Of a stretch of DNA of 64,000 nucleotides, positions 1 through 11,160 are shown piece after piece. The notes beneath the pieces are model-generated. The model did not search any database, was not told where the DNA came from, and saw only the letters and a list, made by a program, of their open reading frames with translations. This DNA is from the human T2T-CHM13v2.0 reference genome, Homo sapiens. Each line of letters starts with the position of its first letter. Positions within the stretch are counted from its first letter, which is position 1. Where the stretch lies: assembly GCF_009914755.1 (NCBI RefSeq), contig NC_060935.1; one strand, given 5' to 3'. Made by a program: the position numbers and the translations under genes.

Positions 1-350
1 CGCGCCCGGAAGGCTTCGCATATAATGCACCGTCTATTTCAGCTCGCCGGGGTCTTGCTGCAAAGTTGCGCAACAGAAAATGTGAGAGACGCGGCAGTCA
101 CTCCACTAAGCGGGACAGGGCCAGGCCCGCCGCCAGGGGGCAGCATCGCCTCTCCCGGCCGAGCCTTCCTGGGAGTCCCGCGGGGGCTGCTCCCCAAAGG
201 ACAGAGCTCCGGGTTCATGGGGAACGGGGTGCCGAGAAAGCCTGCCTGGCCCTCCCAGGCCCCACTTCCTTGTTCTTACAAACCTAAGGAAGAGTGGGCT
301 CCTGGGATTAACTCGGCGTCACGAAACCCTGGCCCTGAGGGACGGACCTC
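1..350. promoter_or_regulatory. CpG-enriched GC-rich segment, possibly the edge of a CpG island
   Basis: Many intact CpGs relative to the rest of the window (cgcgcccgg, gccgccagg, cccgcgggg); ETS-like CCGGAAG at 6-12. Truncated by the window start. Confidence 0.4.
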
Positions 351-661
351 TCAGCCTGGGTCAGGCCAAGGACATCTGAGTGGCCCCACCGCGAACTCCT
401 GTGAGCCCCTGGAGCGAGCAGTGGCCTCGAGTCTGTGCCCACCTCCTTTCACGCCCCTCTTCCCTGGCTGGCCATCTTGGCATCCCTCCTCCCCTGCCAC
501 TCTATCTTGGCCTCCTGGGCCGGCTCCCACCCCCCGGTTCCCATGCTTCCTCCCCGCAGAGAGGGACCCAGAGGTGCCACCACCTTGGGGTGACCAAGTC
601 CCAGTGCTATGTTCGGCCCCAGGGCTCCTTCACTTCACTCACGGGCGCCTTTCTCTGCAGC

Positions 662-862
662 TCACACAGGCACAAAGTAACACACGTGCCCGCACACTCG
701 TGTATACACGCACACAGGCACACACTACTGCTCACATGCACATAAGTGCAATGTGTCCTCACATGAACATGAGTGCAATGGGAACACTCTTACACACCAG
801 TTCACAGACACCCACATGCACACACTCCACCACACATGCATACACACAGACAGGTACACACT
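662..862. repeat. Degenerate (CA)-rich low-complexity tract
   Basis: Repeated cacac/cacatgca motifs. Confidence 0.75.
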
Positions 863-969
863 CCTCCAGGGCTCTTGGGAATAGTCCTCTGTTTTGTCAC
901 CAAGCTCCCAGGAAAGCTGCCCCTCCCTGCTGGCTCCAGGGCCTGTCACCAGCCATCCAGCTCTTGCCT

Positions 970-1675
970 GGAGTGAGTCCTCCCTCCTCAGGGTGAGTCC
1001 TTCCTCCTTGGGGTGAGTTCCCCTCCTGGGGTGAGTCCTCCTTCCTGAGGTAAGTCCTCCCTTCTCAGGGTTAGTCCTCTCTCCTCAGGGTGAGTTTCCC
1101 TCCTGGGGTTAGTCCTCCTGCCTCTGAGTGAGTTCCCCCTCCTCAGGGTGAGTCCTCCTCAGGGTGAGTTCCCCCTCCTTGGGTGAATGCTCCCTTCTCA
1201 CGGTGAGTTCCCCTCCTAGAGTGAGTCCTGCCTCCTCTGGGTGAGTCCCCCTCCTGGGATGCGTCCTCCCTCCTGAGATAAGTCCATCCTTCTCAGGGTG
1301 AGTCCTCCTCAGGGTGAGTTCCCCCTCCTAGGGTGACCCCTCCTTCCTCAACCCGGAGTTCCCCTCCTGGGGTGAGTCCTCTCACCTCTGGGTGAGTTCC
1401 CCCTCCTCAGGGTGAGTTCCCCTCCTGAGGTGAGTCCTCCCTTCTCTGGGTGAGTTCCCCTCCTGAGGTGAGTCCTGCCTCCTCAGGGTGAGTTCCCCTC
1501 CTGGGTGAGTGCCCCCCCCTCTAGATGAGTTCCCCCTCCTCTGGGTGAGTCCCCCTCCTTAGGGTGAGTTCCCCTCCTGAGGTGAGTTTCCCTCCTGGGG
1601 TAAGCCCTCCCGCTTCTGGGTGAGTCCTCCCTTTTCAGGCTGAGTCCTCCCTCCTGGGGTGAGTCCTCCCTCAGG
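970..1675 (+). repeat. Minisatellite, ~16-20 bp unit, consensus ~GGGTGAGT(C/T)C(C/T)CCCTCCTCA
   Basis: About 37 degenerate tandem units seen directly; about 27 exact GTRAGT cores counted by eye. Confidence 0.95.
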
Positions 1676-3856
1676 TCCACCTCCTCTCCCCAGCCGGCTT
1701 CCATGGGGCTTCTTCAGTGGTTCCAGCTGGCGTGTGCCAGTCCCCCAGGAGGTCCAGGTCCTTTCTTGACATTTTCCTCAGCTGCTGGGGCTGCAGGGGA
1801 TGCACCAGCTGCATGGACGGGGTGGCATTGCCTGATCCCACCTCCCACAAACGTCTGTGCACCTGCCCCTGCCCCTGCCCCAGTGCTGCAGCCTCAGTGT
1901 AGATGTGGCCACACAGGGCCTGCAACCACTGAGCTCCGAAGCCCCAACCTGCAGCCATGGGGCGGGGGGACATGAATTCGAAGCCCTGTGGCATCAATAG
2001 GGAAATGTGGCGGGTACCAGGTGGGGTCCTCCTGCTGCCCCAGGAGCGGGGCCCACCGCGGCCTGCAGCAGCCACAGGTGCAGGAGGGTGGGGGAGGCTG
2101 TCAGAGGCTATCAGTGCCCAAGCTGCCTTCTGCTTGGGGACAGCCCTCAGATGAGTCCCTGGGAGCCCGGTGCTCCTCAGCGAGGGCCTGGGCTGGGGTT
2201 TGGGGCTGCTCCCTGGCTCTGCCCATCAGCAGCATGACACAGGCAGGCCGGGCCACTCAGGGCTCCAGACTTCTCAAGGTGCAGTGTGGCAGGACAGCCT
2301 CCCTGAGGGTGTTCTGAGGACTCGGAGCTGCCTCTGAAGTTCCTACTCACTGTTCACTCCAATACATGAGGTTAGGGTCAGGTCGGGTAATCAGTGAGAC
2401 ACCAACCCCCTGCCACCCCTAGGAAGGTGGGGAGGGCCAAGTCCTGGCTGCTCATGGCATCCTGGCTTTTCAGGAGCCCTTCGGTCAAAAATAAAATGAT
2501 CTGCTTGCCCTACAAGAAATAAAGCTGGGGTGACCCAGAGAGGCTGGGCTCAGCCTGGGAAAGGGGGTGTCCCAAGAGAAGGAGGAGGGTAAAGGGCTGT
2601 GGCCTCTCCGGAGGGGGCCACCGGGAGTCACCGAGAGGCAGCAGGACCAAGGGGGAGGCTCTGGGCATCCTGCCGAGAGCACCACAGGTTAAAAAACCCT
2701 ACCCAAGGCCTTTGATCCCCTGCTGGGGAGAGATTGGATGTCCCTTGAACCCCAGGAGGAACCAGACCTCGGGCTGGATTTTATTCTGTGGAGACAAGTG
2801 AAGCTTCATGACATCCACGGCGTGAGTCCTGGGGAGTGGAGCTGTCCAGCCTGTGGCTCTGGGCCTGCGTCACGCCACTTGTGGGTGGGCCTGTGTCACG
2901 CAGCTCATGGGACAGAGCCAGGACACCCCGAGGAAGGCTGGGGCAGGACAGCCAGGCCCCCATGCTCTCGCTGGCTTCACAGTCCAACTGGGAGACAAGA
3001 AAAATGAAAATCAAGGTTCAGGGCTGGCGGCACGAGGACCCTGGGGCTCCCTGGTGGCTGGATTTCAGCTATGGGAGGAAGAGACAGTGCGTTTCTGGGT
3101 AGTGAGGGGCCCAGCACAGACAAGGCCTGGAGGCTGGAAAGTTCGGGGTGTGCCCCGGGACTGGGGAGCAGGCAGGGATGGTGTGAAGTGGGTGTTGGCA
3201 TCTCTACACCCGCCCAGGGCAGGACTCGGCTTGAGCCACGCCTTCTGGATCATGGGGTGCGGAAAGTGGGGCCCTGCTGTCTGCGGGGTCGGCGTGGGGT
3301 ATGTGCCTTTAGGAGAAGATGGGAAAGTGACTCATGATGGGTGGCTCCGCAGCTGCCCCTTCCAGGGACTCAGGCACCTCCCGCTGTCACCATACCCCTC
3401 CCTACTTTCTCTACGTGGCTAAGGAGTGGGGATCTCAGGCCAGCGGGGGGAGCCCAGGGCACAGCTCCAGCAGGGCTGGCCCCTCAGAGCTTCCAGGCTG
3501 CAGCAGGCAGGGGTTGGAAGAGGTGAGAAGGAGCAGGGCAGTGAGTGTCCCAGGAAGCCCATTCCCGGAACAGCGTCCTTGGGTTGGTTCTGGGAACTGG
3601 GGACACCAGGAAGGCCCAGGGGAGTGGGGCTGCTGGGAATGGCCTGGGGGAGGCCACGAGGTGGGTCAGGGGTGGAGCTGGGTGTTCTGGGCGGGCCTTT
3701 GAAGCCCACTGGCCTTCAATGCCGGGCAAGCGGGAAGGAAACCCACAGGAGCTAGGGTTCCTCCAGCTGGGACCCAGCTCCCCTTGCCCCACACTAGCAA
3801 GTGCTGAGGAGGACGGAGGTCCTGGGGGTGCTCTGTGGGAATTTAGGCTGGGCAGG

Positions 3857-4250
3857 TGTTACAGGCTGAATTTCACCCACCCGAGCCCCATGTTCATATG
3901 CTGAAGTCCTAACGCCAGGACTCAGAACGTGACCCTGTTGGGACACAGGAGCGTTGCGGATGTGATTAGTGAAGATGAGGGAGCAGGGTGGCCCCTGATC
4001 CGATCTGTCTGGGGTTCTTCTTCTAGAAGGGGGAACTGCAGGCATGTACACAGGCGAACATGGCAGGGAGACTAGGGTTCTACTGCGGCAGGCCAAGGAG
4101 CCTGCAGAAGCCCGCAGAGCTGCTGGACACTGACCCTGCCTCCACCCGAATCCTGGGCCCTCAGCTTCCAGCGCTGAGTGTGCGTGTGTTTCTGTGGTTT
4201 GCGCCCCTCTATGGATGGGACTTAGTTGCAGGAGTCCTAGAATGCAGTCT
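3857..4250 (+). mobile_element. MLT1 (ERVL-MaLR) solo LTR, MLT1A/B/C-like
   Basis: Starts TGTTACAGGCTGAAT, contains gaagtcctaac..gactcagaacgtgacc and a typical MLT1 3' end. Confidence 0.75.
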
Positions 4251-4799
4251 GGCTCCAGAGTTTGCACCCTTCACTCTTTGCTATACTGCCTGAGAACCAG
4301 ATGGATCAACACAAAGGGGCCATGAAGGATGCAGTGGAGTGTGCCAGGGGAAGAATGCAGGGAAGAACATTGTGCACAGTGGGAACAGCATAGGGTTGTG
4401 AGGCAGAGCGTGACCTGCTCCAGTCACTGGTGGGTGGTGGGTCTGGAAATGCATGTTTGAGTCACTGGGAGGGCTCTGCGTGGCTGGATGGAACCCGTGA
4501 GGGAGGAGGCAGGGACATTAAATGACTGAAGGGATCACCAGCAGCCCAGCTGCGAAGGTCCCCAAAGGCAGAGTTTTGACTTATTCCTGGGATGATGCGG
4601 CCCCAGCAGAGGAATATGCCAGATCTGGGTTCATGAAATGCAGCTGGAGCTAGGACAGGGAGGAAAGATTTGAGTTCAGAATACAGGTTCCGTGGAGACG
4701 CTGAACTGACCAGGCTCATGCTCCAGCAGGATGGGTCTGGATTCAGGAAACCCACACCCTCCTGATCTCCCTTTCTCTCCAACTGCTCCGGGCCTCAGA

Positions 4800-5950
4800 T
4801 TTCCCTCCTCCAACAGGCCCTCTCTAGGTGGACTCATGGGTCCTGTGGCTTGAACACGTCTAGACCTTCATGGTCTCCAAACTCATAACTCTACCCTCTC
4901 CCCTGATCACCGGCCCAGCCTCCAGTGTCTACTCCACAGCTCCGTATGGATGCCTCAGAGGCCTCTCCAGTCCAGCCCCCTGATACGGAGCCCTGAGGTC
5001 CCTGCCAGAGCTGCCCCTGACTGTCTCCCTTCCTGAGGACTGAAGCTTGGGCCATCAGTGGCTGCAACCGAGAATCTGCGGTTCACCATTGCCCTCTTTT
5101 TCTCACGCCCTCAGTGAATCCAAGCAGATCCAGGAGAGGCCCCTTCTTATGCCCCTGTGCCATGCCCCAGGTTGGTGTGGACAGCAGGCAGCTGGAGGAT
5201 GAGGCCACACTGGCTCCAGCCACCTTGGGTTGGAGGTTTCCACAGGGCAGCCAAGCAGGCCTGTCCGGCAGCAACAGAAGAGATTGTCTGGGGCTCGGCA
5301 GCGGGCAACTGGCTTGGGGAGAGGAAAGTGAGAGGCAAGCACCATCCCTCCTCATGGCTCCCCCTGGGACCACGTTTCATCACCCAGCCCCTCACCGACA
5401 CCTGCAGCCACAAGGCCAGCTCCTGGCATGGGGGGTAGGCAGAGGGAAGAGGACCAAGCTGGGAGGGATGGAGATGTGTCCAGCTCCTGCCTTCAGTAGA
5501 GCCCATGAGACCCTCCATCCCAGCCTGCTGAACTTCCTGGCCTCCCAACACCACATGCTAAGCTCAGAGCTCTGCTCCAGTGGGCCAGAATGCCCCTCTG
5601 CTCCTCCCATACTCCAGACTCACAGACCTGCTTCCTTCCTCTGCCTGAGATTTCCCACCCCACCTGTTATAGGCTTTGCCGACACTGCCCCATCCTTCAT
5701 TCTCAGCTTGCATGTCACTTCCTCAGAGAGGGTCTCCCAATTCCCTGTCACATGCTCCCTCTGCTTCTCCTTCTTCATGTTCCACACCTGCAATTTCTCA
5801 ATGCTCCCCTCGCCTTCTGTCAGCCCCACTGTTGGCAGAGTCTGTCCTTCTTGTCATTGGGTCCACAGCAGCAGACCCAAAAGGGTCTGGTACCCAAATG
5901 AGACCCAAAGGGTCTGGTACATGCTGGGCTGCAGTAAATCTTTAATGAAT
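4800..5950 (+). mobile_element. Fragmented L2 LINE remnants ending in an L2 3' tail
   Basis: L2-like segments (tggatgcctcagaggc; ctggtacatgctgggctgcagtaaatctttaatgaat) leading into a TGGA tract. Confidence 0.5.
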
Positions 5951-6420
5951 TGATGGATGGATGAGTGGATGGTTGTATGAATGAATGGGTGGATAGATGG
6001 GTAGATGAATGGATGGATAGGTGGATGGATGGATGGATGGATGGATAGATGGGTGGGTGAATGGATAAATGGGTGGGTTGGTGAGTGGATGGATGGGTAG
6101 ATAGATGAATAGGTGGATAGATGGATGGTTGGATGGAAGAATATATGGGCAGGTAGGTGGATATAAGAGTGGGTGGATGGATGGATGAATGGGAGGATGG
6201 TAGGATGGGAGGGTGGATGTATGGTTGAGTAGGTGGATGGATGGGTGGGTGGGTGGGTGGATGGATGGGTAGATAGATGGATGAATGGATGGATGAATGG
6301 ATGGATGGATGGATAAGTGGATGGATGGATGGATGGATGAATGGATGGATGGATGGATGGATGGATGGATGGATGGATGGATGGATGGACGATTTAAGTG
6401 GGTGGATGTGTGGATGCATG
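5951..6420 (+). repeat. (TGGA)n/(TGGG)n microsatellite
   Basis: Direct; the ORF 5820..6446(-) with IHPS repeats is its translation. Confidence 0.95.
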
Positions 6421-8157
6421 GAGGGTAATTCCCCCTCTGGTCTCACTCCTGATCACCTCATCTGGAAGATGCTGGAGGTACAATTGCCATGATTACTAAT
6501 TCAGGAGATACTCTCATCTGAATGACCCTTTTGGCCAGAAGTATCCAGACTGGCACTGGCTGCTGCGTTTGTTCAGTCATACTCCAGCAATTTCCCTGCC
6601 AGCTGCACAGTGTGGGATTTTTTTTCACTACTTGTCCCCTGACTTAGATATCCTGAAAAGCAATGGAGTCATCCCCGACCGTGCAAGACAGCGGCCTCCC
6701 AGACCACAGCAGGCATCCCAGACAGCATCGTCATGTGCCCCCAGGTGTCCTGGGGAGCCCACTCCAGATGTGCCAGCCTGAGAAGGGAGCTTTGCCTCAC
6801 CGGCCCATGGCTCTGGGACAGATTTCTAGACTCGGCTCTGAGAAAAAATAAACTTATGACAGAGTTTATCTGAAGGAGGAAGCAGCAATAAAGCGTGACA
6901 CCCAGGGAGCAATGAACAGAGAGCTCCGAGACAGACACAAAACAGGTACCGACAAATGTGGAACGCGTTATTTAAAATTCCCCGGGCTGACAGATCGGAC
7001 AGCATAGCGGGCCAGACGCCGGTTCGAGGAGATGAAAAGAGTTCATTTCCTTCCTCCAGATAAACACACTAGCAGCCAGATCTCTCTGTGATGATAAATG
7101 GCTTCCTCCTGCCATCAGTGGGGTTGTGGGGGGGCAGGTCACACCTCATGGCTGGTTGGAGCCTGTGGCCATCAAAGGCAGGAGAAAGGCAGCCGTGGGG
7201 AGATGCGCCCACGTTGGAATTCCCACAATCCCGGCCTGTCCTCCAGCACCAGAATGCTGCTTATCTCATCCCAGGGCCCCCACAACTATCAAAATACATG
7301 AAGACACAGAATGAACTGGGGGATGTAGCTATGGCCTCCTGCTCTTCCCAGGGCTGTGGGATTTAAGGACCTCCCACCACAAGCTGGTTTCTAGGAGGGA
7401 AGGAGCCAAAGGCAGGAGAGGGGGCGGCCTGTTCACTCCCATGGGGTGCAAAGATATGGTGCCAGCCCCTTTTTCTGGAAGTCAAGACCTAGCCCCATCT
7501 TTAGCCTTCCTGCTCCCCAGGAACATGGACAGGCTTTGGCTGAAATCTGCATCCTCTGGCTGGTGGGAAGATGGTCACCCCACATAAGACAAGCATCACT
7601 GCCCAGCCCCAGGGCTGTTTCAGGAGGAAATTGGTCTTAAGGATAACCGGAGCCTGGAGCAGTCCACCCCGGCAGTACTCTCAAACAAAGTCCAAACAAA
7701 GCTATTTATAAAAAGCCAAATTGCTGGCATCTGCACTGACTCCTGGGGCTGGAGGGGAGGAAGGAGATGGAGCCCCAGCTTGCGGCTTGCAGTGATCCAT
7801 TTGCTGCCTCTGTCCGTCCTCAACATCCGAGATACATTTGTGGTTTCCTGTGCCCAATACTCACCTGGGGGCGGGCAGGAGGACGCAGGAGAGTAGCCGC
7901 AGGACCGCAGAAGAGAAGTCCTAAGGAAAGCTGAGGTCCCTTCCCGGGGGCCAGCATTCAGGCTGCAGAGTCTTCACTCCCCACTAAGAGGTGTCCTCTC
8001 AGTGTGGCTTCCCGCTCTGTAGAGAGTGTATGTGGGAAACTACGAAAAGGAATGAAGCCCTGATAGCTGCTGTACGATGGATGCCCCTGGAACTAGTGTG
8101 CAGAAAGGAGCCAGACACAAAACGCCACATATTGCATGCTTTCATTTGTATGAAATG

Positions 8158-8643
<486 letters not shown>

Positions 8644-9094
8644 GTCCAGAACAGGCAAATCCACAGAGACAGGACTCACAGTGTTGGTTGTCAGTGTGTG
8701 GGGTTAAGGGGTGGGATGGGAAGTGATTACTTGATCGGGAAGGGGTTTCCTTTAGGGTGGTGAAGATGTTTTGGAACTTAGATAGAGGTGATGTTTGCAC
8801 AGCACTGTGGATGTGCTGAGTGCCGTGGAACTGTGCACTGTAAACTGATTAATTTTGTCACGTGAATTCCACTTCCATGTTTTAGAAAACTGCATCTGGG
8901 ATCAGCAGGGCCTCTCAGGAGGACCTGTGTGGGGCATCTGGCTCCTCGGCTCGGGCAGGTAACCTACGCGTACAGGTATGTTAGGAGAGAGGCACGGACG
9001 GCCAAGCCTTCGACGTCAGCCCCTCCTTCGGCAAATCCTAGCATCAGTATCCTAAGCTCAGGACACGGGACCTCCAGGGACTTCTGGACTCACA

Positions 9095-9220
9095 CTCAGC
9101 TCCACCGCTGTGGGTTACTGGGTTGAATGACTAAACTTCAGGAGCCTCAGTCTCCCCATCTGTAAAACGGAAGCCACAGATGCAACGTCTGGAAAGCACG
9201 TAGCCCAGCCCCAGCACCAC
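9095..9220 (+). mobile_element. MIR fragment
   Basis: gagcctcagtctccccatctgtaaaacgg MIR core. Confidence 0.7.
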
Positions 9221-9815
9221 ACCATGGTAGAGGCACAGGGCCATTTTTATCGCCTTGTTCCAAGCGATGGTTCTGATTTGGGTCCATCTTTCTCACATCC
9301 TTTCACACTGCCAGTTTCTCAGAGACAGAGATGTGCCTGTCCTGCTTTGCTGACCCCTGCAGCCAGGATTCCCAAATGCCAGGCAGGACAGGCTGTCAGC
9401 ATCTCCTGGGAGCCCCTTCTGCAAAGTCAGATCCCTCGGCTCTCCCGCCAGACATTCAGCCTCAGTGCACCTGTGCGTGGGTGTGGGGGCTGGAGATCGG
9501 CATTTTAACAAGTGCCTCTAGTGACGTGAATGCAGAGCCCGGTTCAGGAACCTGCTCCCCTCCCTCCTGTAGTGAGGTGGGAAGGAGGGGGAAGGAGGGC
9601 AAGACCGTTGGCTTGGTTGGGTTTTGGTCATGCAGAGAGCTCACACCTGTCATCAGGGGTGGCTGCAACAGGCACCAGGCCCCAGGAGACATTGTTTGCC
9701 TTCACTTCCTCAACACGCAGCAGGATCCTGCCCTTCGTCCCAACAGGGAATGATCTGTTGGAAACTCAGAGGTATAAAAAGAAGCCTGTTAGGCTACTGA
9801 AGAAACTTGTCAGCC

Positions 9816-10133
<318 letters not shown>

Positions 10134-10454
10134 TGAAAAAAAAATGTTTGGAGCCTTCCCACTAAGGAACAATAAGATTAAGGGATTTAAAAGAATTGAT
10201 TAGTGACATGCACATTGCTGCCCCAGGAGAAAATTCTGCTATTACTCATGAGAAGAGCCAGCATGAAGAGCTCTGTGAGGTCTGAGGTCACCCTTGTAAC
10301 TGCGCTCGGGGATGTCAAAGTCAGCATTGACACAACTGTGACCATAACTCACCTGTTCCAGGCTCTCCTGTGTACTGCACACCCATCCTCCTTCTCAGTG
10401 TTCCCAGCAGCTGTAGGAGCTAAGAAGAGTGAAAGTAGCTATGAAAGACACCAT

Positions 10455-10820
10455 CTGTAGTTTGTTTGTTCCACAAACTCCGGCCTCTTTCCTCTTGGGC
10501 ACACACTAACCTGCGTGTCCCAGCCCCTGGCAGTTAGTGTGGCTGTAGCATGTGGGTGGAAATGATTCAGGTATGGCCCACAGGAAGCCCCCTGTCATTC
10601 TCCACGTCTGCCTCTTCCCTCATCTACAGAGGACTCAGGGAGGACTCAGCCACCTAAGAGAGCCAGAAGCTGGAAGGGAGCTGGATCCCTGAATGACTGT
10701 GTGGAGCAGAGTCCCCTCCTTACCACCTGCCTCCATTGGATTGTGACATGAGAGACAAAGAATCTTTCTGTGTGAAAGCCATTGCCATTTTAGAGTTATT
10801 GATCACAGTAGGCATCTCAC
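10455..10820 (+). mobile_element. MLT1J-like LTR
   Basis: ctggatccctgaatgactgtgtggagcagag signature. Confidence 0.65.
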
Positions 10821-10849
10821 TCCATGAACTAATGATCTTAGCTACAATC

Positions 10850-11160
10850 AACTGCACTCTTACCATGAGCCAGACACAGCCCTGAGCATTTTTTGTGTAT
10901 TGACGCACTTAATGCTCACAGGAGGGGAGGGGACAATGCAACCCCTGCTTTCTCTGATCCAAGGTCACCCAGCCAGGAAGGGACAGTCCTGAGGTTGGAC
11001 CTAGGTAGCCTATCCCTAGAGCCCCCTTTTGCAGAGGAGACAAATGAGACTCAGAATGGTCAAAGGCATATTCCCAGGGTACCAGCTGGTAGTTCTGGGG
11101 GTGCAGGATTTGAACCCCTGGCTCCAGTGCCTCCAAAGCTCATGCTCCGTGACCACTTTG
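10850..11160 (-). mobile_element. MIR fragments
   Basis: gcagaggagacaaatgagactcaga; caggatttgaaccc. Confidence 0.6.

Noticed and set aside
25-996. 323-aa ORF on +
   Set aside because: Pro/Ser/Gly-rich then His/Thr-rich translation of GC-rich and CA-repeat DNA. No recognisable domain; it ends in the minisatellite.
5820-6446. 208-aa IHPS-repeat ORF
   Set aside because: Translation of the (TGGA)n microsatellite.
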